From IMG/VR virus record IMGVR_UViG_3300048597_000276, positions 1-53,909 of that record: 53,909 nucleotides of DNA; one strand, written 5' to 3'. How positions within the stretch are numbered: position 1 is the first letter of the stretch; each line of letters begins with the position of its first letter. This stretch comes from a virus (Duplodnaviria; Caudoviricetes). A program made the translations under genes and the position numbers. Shown here one piece after another: positions 41,519 through 50,093 of this stretch. Below the pieces are notes generated by a model. It was not told the DNA's origin, ran no database searches, and was given only the letters and a program-made list of their open reading frames with translations.

Positions 41519-42436
41519 ATGACCGAGATCCGCACGCTGCCCCTGGGCCAAGTCCACCGCAATGTCGACCAGCCCCGGACCGACTTCCCGAAGGACCATA
41601 TCGAGGCGCTGGCCGCTTCGATCCGCGAGCGCGGGCTGCTCCAGCCGATCACTGTCCGCCGCCTCGCCGACGACCGGTTCGAGATCGTGGCCGGTGAGTG
41701 CCGGTGGCGCGCCCACCAGCTCCTCGGCGCCGCGACGATCGATGCCCGCATCGTCGACATGGACGAGAGCGAGCGGGACCTGAACGCGATCGTCGAGAAC
41801 CTCCAGCGCCGCGATGTCCACCCGCTCGAGGAAGCCCGCGCCTACCAGCGGATGCTCGACAAGGGCTGGGCGGTCGACGCCCTGGCGAAGTCGGTCGGCA
41901 CCACCGAGAACCGGGTGCTTGAGCGGATCGGGCTGCTCAAGATGCGGCCCGAGTACCAGTCGCTGTTCCAGACCGGGCAGATCGACCGGAACATGGCCCG
42001 CGAGCTCGCGAGCCTGCCCCCGCACGCCCAGGACGCCCTGTTCCAGCTGATCCGCAAGGGCGAGTTCGCCAACTCCAACGGCCGCCAGTGCGATGGCTCC
42101 ACCCGGCTCCGCGAGGTCGCGAACCAGATGCGCCACGACCTGGCGCAAGGCTCGATGTTCGACCTGCCGCCCGAGCCCACCGAGGAGGAGAAGTCGAAGG
42201 CCGCAGCCATCCAGCGGAAGATCGACCAGCTCTGCGGGATGCTGAACCAGGGGTTTGACGACGGCGACATCGCGATCACCCGCAAGGTCGATCCGAACCT
42301 CGCCGCCACCTACGCCGACAAGCTGGCCCTGATCGGGCGGCATGTCGCCATGCTGGAGCGGGCCCTCCGCACCAGCGCCACCGTGGCACAGGCGCAGCTC
42401 GCGCTGGTGTCCGCAACCGAGAAGGCTGACGTTTGA
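41519..42436 (+). CDS. ParB/Spo0J-family protein
   Basis: QPRTDF, LAASIRERGLLQPITVR, IVAGECRWRA, ENLQRRDVHPLEEA, HTH. Confidence 0.9.
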   Translation: MTEIRTLPLGQVHRNVDQPRTDFPKDHIEALAASIRERGLLQPITVRRLADDRFEIVAGECRWRAHQLLGAATIDARIVDMDESERDLNAIVENLQRRDVHPLEEARAYQRMLDKGWAVDALAKSVGTTENRVLERIGLLKMRPEYQSLFQTGQIDRNMARELASLPPHAQDALFQLIRKGEFANSNGRQCDGSTRLREVANQMRHDLAQGSMFDLPPEPTEEEKSKAAAIQRKIDQLCGMLNQGFDDGDIAITRKVDPNLAATYADKLALIGRHVAMLERALRTSATVAQAQLALVSATEKADV

Positions 42437-43062
42437 TGGTGATGCCAAGGACGAAGCACGGGCTCTCCGCACTGGGGGTCCTGTCCGCCCTGCAGAAGTT
42501 CATCCGCCGCGGCATGGAGCGCGAGGCCATGCAGTGTGCGATCGAGCTGATGCACACGTCGAAGAACTACCACTCCATGGTCTGCAAGCGCCTCGAGGTG
42601 ATCTGCCACGAGGATATCGGCCTAGCCAACCCGATGGCGATCCCGTTCGTCCACGCCTCGATGGCCCAGGCCCGCGAATGGTACGAGCCGAACCCCGAGA
42701 AGCTCGGCAAGTCGCGCATGGCCGTGGGCAACGCGATCCGGCTGATGTGCCGGGGGCCGAAGTCCCGCGAGGGGGATCACTTCGCGGCGGCGCACGGCTG
42801 GGCCTCGATCCTCGAGGGGGCCAAGCCCGAGCTGCCCGATTGGATCTTCGACCAGCACACGTCGCAGGGCCGCAAGCAGGGCCGCGGGCTCGACTACTTC
42901 CGCGAGGTGTCGACGCAGCTCGTGCCGGACCCCGGGCCGGATCCGTATGAGGACGAGGCCTACCGGCTGTGGGCCCTGAAGAACGCCCGGGGAGCCGGCG
43001 GGGAGGGCGAGGCCGAGGAGATCGACGACGAAGGGCCGATGACGAAGCCCAGGCTGTTCTAG
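42436..43062 (+). CDS. stand-alone MgsA/RarA C-terminal-domain-like protein
   Basis: SALQKFIRRG...KRLEVICHEDIGLANP...PKSRE; no Walker A motif. Confidence 0.75.
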   Translation: MVMPRTKHGLSALGVLSALQKFIRRGMEREAMQCAIELMHTSKNYHSMVCKRLEVICHEDIGLANPMAIPFVHASMAQAREWYEPNPEKLGKSRMAVGNAIRLMCRGPKSREGDHFAAAHGWASILEGAKPELPDWIFDQHTSQGRKQGRGLDYFREVSTQLVPDPGPDPYEDEAYRLWALKNARGAGGEGEAEEIDDEGPMTKPRLF

Positions 43063-43070
43063 GCTGATAC

Positions 43071-43105
43071 GGGGCTCACCAGGGCATGCCGCTCCGGTGA
43101 GCCCC
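43071..43105. terminator. hairpin between convergent operons
   Basis: GGGGCTCACC...GGTGAGCCCC. Confidence 0.55.
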
Positions 43106-43116
43106 CAACCACCACC

Positions 43117-43911
43117 CTACTTCTGGGCCCTGGGGTTCGACCGGTCGACCTTGATCGACATGGTGTCGATCTTGCCCCTGGTATCGAGGGCCGTGCGTTT
43201 GAGGGAAACGTGGGCGCCCCAGGTCTCCTTGAGGAGCCGGGTCGTTGCCACCCACTTGTCGGTCGTGATGAGGCCGACGTTGCCGCCCTGGCCGCCGAAG
43301 ATCATCCCGCAGTCGAAGTAGAAGCGGCTGTCCATGTAGCCGAACCGGTCCTCGAGCAGGGTCCGGATCGACAGGTCGATCGCGTTCCGGCCTGCGAACC
43401 TGGGGTCCATCTTCCGCCGGCGGGCCGGGCCCATGATGCCGAAGACGTTGGACAGGATCGGCTTCACCGTGGCCGGCTTCATGCCGATGTCGAACAGGGT
43501 CGAGTTGTTGGTGCGGGAGAAGCAGAACGTCGATGAGCCGACGTCGTGGGCCGCGCGGGCGGCGTTCTCGATGATCTGCAGGATGTCGGCCGGATCGGTG
43601 ATCCGCCCGCCGCGGCCGCTGCGCCGCCAGCCGGTCATCACGCTGACGTGGTGAAAGTCGTCGTCGACGAACACCAGGATCTCGTTGGCGACGTTGTCCA
43701 TGATCCAGTTGCAGACCACGGCGAACCCGTCCATCGGCGGATGGAGGAGCAGCTGGTCGGAAGGCACGAACGGGGCGTAGGCGGCCAGCTCCCGCTCGTC
43801 GATGCAGACCATGGCCGTGGGCAGCAGCTCGCGAATCCGCGGCATGTTGTGCGGTCGCCGGCGGGAGGGCACGACGATGCCGATGTCCAGCTCCGGGGCG
43901 TAGTCGGTCAC
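43117..43911 (-). CDS. GT-A glycosyltransferase, TAGT/GREB1-like
   Basis: GTG start overlapping the upstream stop; IVVPSRRRP...E...Y...CNWIMD...VFVDDD...IDLS...GGN. Confidence 0.72.
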   Translation of the reverse strand: MTDYAPELDIGIVVPSRRRPHNMPRIRELLPTAMVCIDERELAAYAPFVPSDQLLLHPPMDGFAVVCNWIMDNVANEILVFVDDDFHHVSVMTGWRRSGRGGRITDPADILQIIENAARAAHDVGSSTFCFSRTNNSTLFDIGMKPATVKPILSNVFGIMGPARRRKMDPRFAGRNAIDLSIRTLLEDRFGYMDSRFYFDCGMIFGGQGGNVGLITTDKWVATTRLLKETWGAHVSLKRTALDTRGKIDTMSIKVDRSNPRAQK

Positions 43912-44597
43912 GGCTTGGCGCCCGCCTCGGGCTCGCCCAGCGCCTCGAGCAGGACCTCGGCGCGGATGCCGCGGCAGGTACCGAGGTTGCCCTTCCTGCG
44001 GACCGGCTTGAGGCCCAGGCGATCGCAGAGCGTGTTCCACTCCCGCGTCGTGGTGGCGAGCACGACGAGGTAGTCGTAGTGCTCGTGCGGGGCCAGCTCC
44101 ATGCCTGGCACGAAGTGCTCGGTCTTTTCCTTGGGTGCGGCCTCGATCTCGTCGACCAGCTTGTCCATGGCCTTGGCCAGGTCGGCGTGCAGCTTCCGCA
44201 GGTCGGCATAGTCGCCCATGTCGACCGAGCTGAGCAGGCTGGCCAGGGCCTCGGCGTCGGGGATGGCGAGGTCGCCCAGGGGATCGAAGGTGGTGAGCAC
44301 CTTGTCGGCCTCCTCGTCGTTGAGGTCGACGATCAGCACCGGGATCTCGGCGTTGGGATCGTTCTCCGCGCGCATGTGGCCGTCGAGGAGCTCCAGCTCG
44401 CCGGTGGGCAGCTCGCGGGCCAGCACGGCGCCGACGAAGCCGACGTCGTCGAGGATCGCGCGGAGCACGGACTTCTGCCCTTCGGGGTGGCGGCGCCAGT
44501 TCTTGGCGTTGGGCTTGAGGTCGCCGGCGCGGACGCGGCGCAGCTCCTTCACCCGGTCCCGGATTGCCGGCTTGGCCGCCGTCTTCTTCGCTGCCAT
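43908..44597 (-). CDS. ParB N-terminal-like protein
   Basis: LKPNAKNWRRHP...VGFVGAV...LLDGHMR...EEADKVLTTFDPL. Confidence 0.8.
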   Translation of the reverse strand: MAAKKTAAKPAIRDRVKELRRVRAGDLKPNAKNWRRHPEGQKSVLRAILDDVGFVGAVLARELPTGELELLDGHMRAENDPNAEIPVLIVDLNDEEADKVLTTFDPLGDLAIPDAEALASLLSSVDMGDYADLRKLHADLAKAMDKLVDEIEAAPKEKTEHFVPGMELAPHEHYDYLVVLATTTREWNTLCDRLGLKPVRRKGNLGTCRGIRAEVLLEALGEPEAGAKP

Positions 44598-44786
44598 GGA
44601 TGAGCTCCGCTAGACTGATGGTTTGCGTGTAGCCCACCCGGCCGCGACGATCCAGGGCGCCGACGAGCCTACCATTACCCGGGCGGCTGCAGACCTTGAG
44701 GCCACAGGCAAAACCTATGCTGGCAGCTCGCATAGGTATGCAGGCCCATTACTGGCGGTACGCACTTTTCCATTTGCATCCTCCTG

Positions 44787-44803
44787 CTAAACTGCTAGTA
44801 TAG
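44787..44803 (+). promoter_or_regulatory. early promoter/operator repeat, copy 6
   Basis: TTGCAT-N16-TAGTAT; CTAAACTGCTAGTATAG. Confidence 0.85.
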
Positions 44804-44842
44804 CAGATGTAAGCAAGAACACCTTCCACAAGGTCGACGACG

Positions 44843-45058
44843 ATGCAAGAGCGCCCCACGATCCTCGGTCCCAAGTGGCAGCGGCTCCAGGCCGAGCCGA
44901 TGATGCCCGGCATCTACAAGGTCCAGGCGGACCGGTTCGCGGGCTTCGTCGGCGAGCTGGTCGAGAGCAACGCGATCTTCGCCAGCCTGCGCTCCGAGGA
45001 TGGCAGCCGGACGGTGACGGTCGAGCGGTCGACGGTCGCCCTCCTGGTGTCCTTCTGA
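44843..45058 (+). CDS. hypothetical protein
   Basis: Conserved leader at 44822. Confidence 0.6.
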   Translation: MQERPTILGPKWQRLQAEPMMPGIYKVQADRFAGFVGELVESNAIFASLRSEDGSRTVTVERSTVALLVSF

Positions 45059-45072
45059 GCGGGCCGCCGACG

Positions 45073-45276
45073 ATGACGAACGCGACGAAGTTCACCAAGG
45101 GCGAGTTGACCCTGGCTGTGGCGCAGATCTGGAGCCCGGCGCTCGCGCTGCGCGTCGTCTCCGGGCTGCCCGAGCAGGTCACCTGGAAGCAGATCAACGA
45201 TCGGCTGACCGCCCGCGGCTGGTCGGCCAGGCAGATCCTCGACGTGATGTCGAAGCTGCCCCGCAAGGCCGCCTGA
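45073..45276 (+). CDS. hypothetical protein
   Basis: Operon context; ends RKAA. Confidence 0.5.
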   Translation: MTNATKFTKGELTLAVAQIWSPALALRVVSGLPEQVTWKQINDRLTARGWSARQILDVMSKLPRKAA

Positions 45277-45277
45277 C

Positions 45278-45634
45278 ATGGACGGCTCCCTGTTCGGCCA
45301 CCTGCCGGTGGCCCAGCGGCCGCGCGAGCATGGCGGGGCCGGCTGGCTGATCCGGGCCCAGGAGCTCGCCCTGGTCCTGGTCGACGTGAGGCACTGCCCC
45401 GACTGCAACGCCTGCGGCACCGACGAGCACCTGCGGACCTGCCGCCGGTGCCAGGGCCGCGGGCTGCTCAAGGTCCCGCCGGCCGAGTGGGTCGAGGCGG
45501 GCCGCCGGTTCCGCGCCGAGCGCAAGCGTCGCGGCGAGCGCGACCACGATGTCGCCGCCCGCATGGGCTGCGCCGCCAGCGATGTCCGCGCCATGGAGCG
45601 CGGCGAGCTGCCCCTTCCAAGCATGCTGATCTGA
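45278..45634 (+). CDS. zinc-finger + Xre-like HTH protein
   Basis: CPDCNACG...CRRCQGRG; FRAERKRRG...VAARMG...VRAMERG. Confidence 0.65.
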   Translation: MDGSLFGHLPVAQRPREHGGAGWLIRAQELALVLVDVRHCPDCNACGTDEHLRTCRRCQGRGLLKVPPAEWVEAGRRFRAERKRRGERDHDVAARMGCAASDVRAMERGELPLPSMLI

Positions 45635-45645
45635 GGAGGACGAGG

Positions 45646-45906
45646 ATGAAGCACCGCCTGCGAGAGAACGAGACGCTCTACGTCCGCAGCATGGGCAAGG
45701 CCCTGCTGGTGACGCACATCGCCACCACCGACGGCGACGTCAACGCGATCTGCGAGCGCGATCGCGACGTCGGCATCGTCGGCCAGTTCGGCGAGTTCCG
45801 GCTGCTGGCCCGGCTCCACGACAAGGGCGTGGCGATCGACGACGGCCGCGGCCGTGGCGGGCCGAGGAGCGGTGCCGTGTCCGCGCTCGCGAGGGCCAGG
45901 TCGTGA
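45646..45906 (+). CDS. hypothetical protein
   Basis: GAGGAGG RBS. Confidence 0.6.
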   Translation: MKHRLRENETLYVRSMGKALLVTHIATTDGDVNAICERDRDVGIVGQFGEFRLLARLHDKGVAIDDGRGRGGPRSGAVSALARARS

Positions 45907-46133
45907 CCCGGATGGCCCGGCTCCAACAGAAGCGCGAGGCGCTCGAGGCCAAGGCCGGCGAGATCGCCGAGACGTGGCGCAACGGCAACCTGAACGACGC
46001 GATCATCGAGACCCTCGACAGGTCGCGCGGGCCGAAGCGCGTGCTGCTGGCGGTGCTCGTCCACCGCGAGCTCGGCGCCGACGCGGCCGACGACTTCACC
46101 GAGAAGCTGGCGAGCTGGATCCTCGCCGACTGA
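45903..46133 (+). CDS. hypothetical protein
   Basis: GTGA coupling. Confidence 0.6.
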   Translation: MTRMARLQQKREALEAKAGEIAETWRNGNLNDAIIETLDRSRGPKRVLLAVLVHRELGADAADDFTEKLASWILAD

Positions 46134-46188
46134 CCCCTTTCCCCCGGCCTGGGCATGGGGCCTGGGCCTGTTCCACAGGAGAGAGACG

Positions 46189-46419
46189 ATGGCTGCCAAC
46201 CTGAAGCGGGTCGCCCCGCCGCCGCAGCTGACCAAGGTCGCGACGGCGGAGTTCCGTCGGGTGAAGGAGACGAAGGGCACCTTCGTGTTCGCCGAGCTCG
46301 ACGAGGACGGCGAGGTCGCGACCGAGGGCTACGTGATCGGCCAGCTCTACGTCCGCAAGACGGCGCTGAAGGGCGAAGCGCCCGAGCGCCTGATCGTCAC
46401 CGTGGAGTCCGTGGCATGA
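46189..46419 (+). CDS. hypothetical protein
   Basis: Leader TTCCACAGGAGAGAGA; KETKGT..F.E...IGQLYVRK motif. Confidence 0.7.
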   Translation: MAANLKRVAPPPQLTKVATAEFRRVKETKGTFVFAELDEDGEVATEGYVIGQLYVRKTALKGEAPERLIVTVESVA

Positions 46420-46688
46420 AGCTCGCCGACCTCCAGCGCGTGAAGGAGCTGAGCGAGGAGCTGAGCTACCTGAAGGCCCACCGACAGACGGCGGTCGAGG
46501 CCAAGCACTTCAGCTTCGGCGTCCGGTTCGTTCCGGGTCCGCTCAAGACCTGGGACACCGTCGTCACTCCCGCCGAGACGATCGAGTGTGCCCGCGCCCT
46601 GGCGCTGAGCATCATCGACGGGCGGATGCTCGCGATCGGGCTCGAGCTGCAGGAGCTCGGCGTGGAGGTCCCCGATGGCCAAGCCTAG
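46416..46688 (+). CDS. hypothetical protein
   Basis: ATGA coupling. Confidence 0.6.
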   Translation: MKLADLQRVKELSEELSYLKAHRQTAVEAKHFSFGVRFVPGPLKTWDTVVTPAETIECARALALSIIDGRMLAIGLELQELGVEVPDGQA

Positions 46689-46917
46689 CCGCCGCCACTA
46701 CGACACGGCGGTCCGGGTCAGCGCGCTCCTTCGGGAGCGCCACCCACCCGAGATCGTCGGCGCCTACGGCGCGCTGCCCGACTGGACCGAGGACCAGCTC
46801 GAGGCGTGGCGCGACGCCGACGCCTGCCGGCAGGTGATCGAGGCCTGGGAGCGCACGACCAGCTGCCCGTCGACCGCGCAGTACCGCGTGACCCAGGCCG
46901 GGGAGCGGTACGCATGA
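46675..46917 (+). CDS. hypothetical protein
   Basis: GGAGG RBS. Confidence 0.55.
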   Translation: MAKPSRRHYDTAVRVSALLRERHPPEIVGAYGALPDWTEDQLEAWRDADACRQVIEAWERTTSCPSTAQYRVTQAGERYA

Positions 46918-47219
46918 TCTACCGTCCCGAGGCTGAGGCAATCGAGAAGGGGTGCCCGATGGGCATGTCATCTCACGTGGGGGCCTACGTCCGCTGCGTT
47001 GGCTCCAAGTGCATGGCTTGGCAGTGGGCGCCCGGTCTGCCTCGCACGCGGTTCGATGGGCCGCGCGACATGCTCACCGGCGAGCCGCCGCGCCCCGATG
47101 CCGTGCCGGCCAGCTGGACCTGGGAGTTCGACGAGGAGGAAGGCCGGGGCTACTGGCTCGAGCCCGAGGCCGAGGCGCAGAAGCGATGGCGCGGCCGTTG
47201 CGGGATGGTGCCCCGGTGA
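46914..47219 (+). CDS. Cys-rich phage hypothetical protein
   Basis: CP...CVGSKCMAWQW...GRCG. Confidence 0.65.
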   Translation: MIYRPEAEAIEKGCPMGMSSHVGAYVRCVGSKCMAWQWAPGLPRTRFDGPRDMLTGEPPRPDAVPASWTWEFDEEEGRGYWLEPEAEAQKRWRGRCGMVPR

Positions 47220-47665
47220 CCCGGGGCTTTGCCGCGGTGGCACTCTGGCGGCCGAAGTGCGACGGCAACGTGGGCGGGGCGATTCGCGCCGCCTCGTGCT
47301 TCAACGCGCGGCTGGTGGTCGTGGGCTCGCCGCGGCCGACGATGCGGGGCCGGATCGAGCGGACCGATCCGCGCTCCTCGCACCGGCACATGCCTGTGCT
47401 GTTCGAGCAGGACGTGCTCAAGCCCGTGCCGCACGAGGCGAAGGTGATCGCGGTCGAGATCCTCGCCGGCGCCCGCCCGCTGCCGGAGTTCGAGCATCCC
47501 GAGGTCGGGTACTACCTGTTCGGACCCGAGGACGGGTCGCTGCCGGCCGAGCTGTGCAGCGTCGCCGACATGCGGGTGGCGATCCCGACCGTCGGGTGCC
47601 TGAACCTCGCGATGGCGGTCAACGTCGTCCTCTACGACCGGGTCGCGAAGCGGGGGCTGCTGTGA
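47216..47665 (+). CDS. SpoU/TrmH-family (SPOUT) RNA methyltransferase
   Basis: PK..GNVGGAIRAA, YLFGPEDGSL, IP...CLNLAMAVNVVLYDR. Confidence 0.88.
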   Translation: MTRGFAAVALWRPKCDGNVGGAIRAASCFNARLVVVGSPRPTMRGRIERTDPRSSHRHMPVLFEQDVLKPVPHEAKVIAVEILAGARPLPEFEHPEVGYYLFGPEDGSLPAELCSVADMRVAIPTVGCLNLAMAVNVVLYDRVAKRGLL

Positions 47666-48192
47666 CCCGCACGGCGGCCTGGAAGGCGCGGCGCGCGCTC
47701 GAGCGGCCGTTCCAGTGCTCGCGCTGCGACGGGCGCTACAAGAGCCAGCTCGACCTCGACCAGCATGTGCAGGCCGTGCACGAGCGCAAGCGGGCGATCC
47801 GTCCACCGCTCTGCCCGTACTGTGGCGAGACGTCGGTGCTGCTGCGGTCCAGCGGTGAGCTCTACCGCGGTCGCGACTACGGGCCGGCATGGCTCTGCCG
47901 CCCGTGTCAGGCGTGGGTCGGGTGCCACCCTGGCGGCATCGTGCCGCTGGGCCGGCTGGCCGATGCCGAGCTGCGCAAGGCGAAGATGGCGGCCCATGGG
48001 GCGTTCGATCCGCTGTGGAAGCGGGTGAAGGAGCGCGGCGGCGACGAGGCGCGGGGCGCCAGGGTGCGGGCCTATGCTTGGCTGGCCGAGCAGATGGGGC
48101 TGACACGCGAGGCGTGCCACATCGGCATGTTCGACGTCGACCAGTGCCGGATGGTCGTGGAGATCTGCACCAAGCCTTACGGTCGCAAGTAG
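47662..48192 (+). CDS. C2H2 + DUF3268-like zinc-finger protein
   Basis: CSRC...HVQAVH; CPYCG...CRPCQAWVGCH...PLGRLADAELR...AH..FDPLW...CHIGMFD. Confidence 0.8.
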   Translation: MTRTAAWKARRALERPFQCSRCDGRYKSQLDLDQHVQAVHERKRAIRPPLCPYCGETSVLLRSSGELYRGRDYGPAWLCRPCQAWVGCHPGGIVPLGRLADAELRKAKMAAHGAFDPLWKRVKERGGDEARGARVRAYAWLAEQMGLTREACHIGMFDVDQCRMVVEICTKPYGRK

Positions 48193-48241
48193 AGCCGTCG
48201 CTTTTACTTGCGGCTGGTCGCTTTCTGCTGGACTAACTCCA

Positions 48242-48258
48242 CTAAACTGCTAGTATAG
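48242..48258 (+). promoter_or_regulatory. early promoter/operator repeat, copy 7
   Basis: TGGACT-N16-TAGTAT; CTAAACTGCTAGTATAG. Confidence 0.85.
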
Positions 48259-48296
48259 CAGAGGTAAGCAAGAACACCTTCCACCGGAGAACCAAG

Positions 48297-48545
48297 ATGA
48301 AGAACGTCATGTCCCCGGCCGCCGCCAGATGGTGGTCCAGCGAGGTCGCGCGCGAGGAACGCGCCAACGACAACTGGTCCTCGCCGGCCGAGCGGCAGGA
48401 GGCTGCCCGGCAGATGGAGGCGGTCGTCGCCTCCTGGATGTCGCCCGAGCGCCGCAAGGGGTTCGAGTGCATGGCGATGCCCGCGATGGTCGAGGCCCAG
48501 CGGATGCGCCGGATGCCGGCGTGGATGCGGCCGAAGGCGGTCTGA
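48297..48545 (+). CDS. hypothetical protein
   Basis: Conserved leader at 48277. Confidence 0.6.
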   Translation: MKNVMSPAAARWWSSEVAREERANDNWSSPAERQEAARQMEAVVASWMSPERRKGFECMAMPAMVEAQRMRRMPAWMRPKAV

Positions 48546-48557
48546 GGAGGGACGAAC

Positions 48558-48782
48558 ATGGACGACAAGAAGCTGGCCGAGTTGCTGCAGGGCTTCGTCG
48601 AGGGCGCGATCCAAGGCTCGCGCGACATGGCCGAGGACGCGGCCGTGCAGCTGAACGAGCAGTTCACCGAGTACGCCGAGGTCGTGAGCTTCGAGGCCGG
48701 CGGCTACCTGACCAACGATCCCGGCTTCGTGCTGCGCGTTGGCGACGACGAGTTCCAGGTCACCGTGATCCGTCGCGCCTGA
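48558..48782 (+). CDS. small acidic protein
   Basis: GAGGAGG RBS; SFEAGGYLT.DPGFVLR..D.EFQVTV motif. Confidence 0.7.
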   Translation: MDDKKLAELLQGFVEGAIQGSRDMAEDAAVQLNEQFTEYAEVVSFEAGGYLTNDPGFVLRVGDDEFQVTVIRRA

Positions 48783-48845
48783 CCTGGGGACAGCGGGGCG
48801 CCAGGACCCGGCGCCCCGCCACCTTCCACCCACTGGAGAGAGCAG

Positions 48846-49244
48846 ATGGCAAAGCTGGTGTTCAACGCCGACCAGGTGGCGGCCGTGGTCCGCGAGGCGC
48901 TCGCGGCGAAGAAGTGGATGTCCTGCTACGGGAAGCCCGGTACAGCCCCGGGCCTGTGGCTGGTCCACGACCAGGGCGTCTACCTGATGTCGAACGCGCT
49001 CGACCGCGACCCGAAGACGGCGCCGCTCGCCTATGCCGCGGGCTGCGATCCGAAGGACGAGGACTGGTGGGAGACCTCGCGCGCGCTGGTCGGCGGCGAC
49101 GACTTCGCCGAGCCGATCGAGATCGACGCCCAGCTGCGCACCGCCGTCGAGCGCGGCCTACGCGGCGCCTTCTCGATCACACTGACCGAGGAGCAGCTCA
49201 CGGTCGACCTCGAGGCCGTCCTGCCGGCGAAGGCCGCGCACTGA
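48846..49244 (+). CDS. DUF3085-like protein
   Basis: LWLVHDQGVYLMSN...YAAGCDP...GGDDFAE. Confidence 0.8.
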   Translation: MAKLVFNADQVAAVVREALAAKKWMSCYGKPGTAPGLWLVHDQGVYLMSNALDRDPKTAPLAYAAGCDPKDEDWWETSRALVGGDDFAEPIEIDAQLRTAVERGLRGAFSITLTEEQLTVDLEAVLPAKAAH

Positions 49245-49513
49245 TGGTCCAGCTCAGCAACCGGCAACGGGCGGCCGCGCGCGCTGCGCTCGGGCTGCCG
49301 AACCCGCAGCGGCGGTCCTATCGCAATCGGTACACGGCGAGCCGCGCAGGTGAAACGCACGAGGTCTGGCGGGGTATGGTCGAGCTCGGGCTGGCAGCCG
49401 AGTCCGCGCCGATCGGCGACAAGTTCGCCATGTTCGTGCTCACGCCGGCCGGCGCCAGGGCGGCGCTCGATCCGGACGAGACCCTCGACCCGGAGGACTT
49501 CCCCGATGGCTGA
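49244..49513 (+). CDS. winged-helix-like hypothetical protein
   Basis: ALGL...SYRNRY...W..MVELGLA...LTPAG. Confidence 0.65.
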   Translation: MVQLSNRQRAAARAALGLPNPQRRSYRNRYTASRAGETHEVWRGMVELGLAAESAPIGDKFAMFVLTPAGARAALDPDETLDPEDFPDG

Positions 49514-49709
49514 GTCCTATCCCTGGCAGGTCGACCGGGAGAAGGCCGAGCGGTTCATCCGGCAGATCGACGTCCTGATGGCCGAGACCGAGCGGACCCT
49601 CGCCAAGCGCCTGCTGCAACGGCAGCGCACGTCGCTCCTGGCTAAGCAGCAGAAACGGCGCGAGCTGATCGCCCGGATCCGCAGCGTCTGGCCCGAGCTG
49701 GAGGCGTAG
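49506..49709 (+). CDS. hypothetical protein
   Basis: GGAGG RBS; overlap with the upstream gene. Confidence 0.55.
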   Translation: MAESYPWQVDREKAERFIRQIDVLMAETERTLAKRLLQRQRTSLLAKQQKRRELIARIRSVWPELEA

Positions 49710-49712
49710 CCC

Positions 49713-50057
49713 ATGCCTGCCGCCGCCCGCTTCATGCTTGAGGTGTCCTGGGGCAACCCGACCACGTCGGCCCCGCAGGGCTTCGAGCGCGTGGAGTGGG
49801 CGGTGTGCGGCTGGGACCGCGCGGCCGACGAGGCGTGGCTCTGGTCGCAGAAGCCGGACTGGTTCGAGCCCGGCTGCGGCTACGCGATGCGCTGGAGTGC
49901 CATCCTGCCGCCGCCGCGCCGGCTGCCGCCCGAGACGAAGGCCCGGATCCGTCGCCGCTCGCTGCGCCGCCGGCTCGAGGCCAAGGTTCCGTTGTTCGCC
50001 GACCAGCTCGAGGAGGCGGAGCTGGCCCGGCGCCCTGGGTACTTCCAGGGCGAGTAG
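49713..50057 (+). CDS. conserved mobile-element hypothetical protein
   Basis: KARIRRRSLRRRLEAKVPLFADQL...RPGYF. Confidence 0.65.
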   Translation: MPAAARFMLEVSWGNPTTSAPQGFERVEWAVCGWDRAADEAWLWSQKPDWFEPGCGYAMRWSAILPPPRRLPPETKARIRRRSLRRRLEAKVPLFADQLEEAELARRPGYFQGE

Positions 50058-50093
50058 CCTCTACCCCTCTATCCTTCCATAAGGGAAAAACCG

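Noticed and set aside
43117-44733. 538-aa version of the glycosyltransferase
   Set aside because: The N-terminal half is Arg/Pro-rich off-frame sequence over the ParB-like gene; the coupled GTG at 43911 is the better start.
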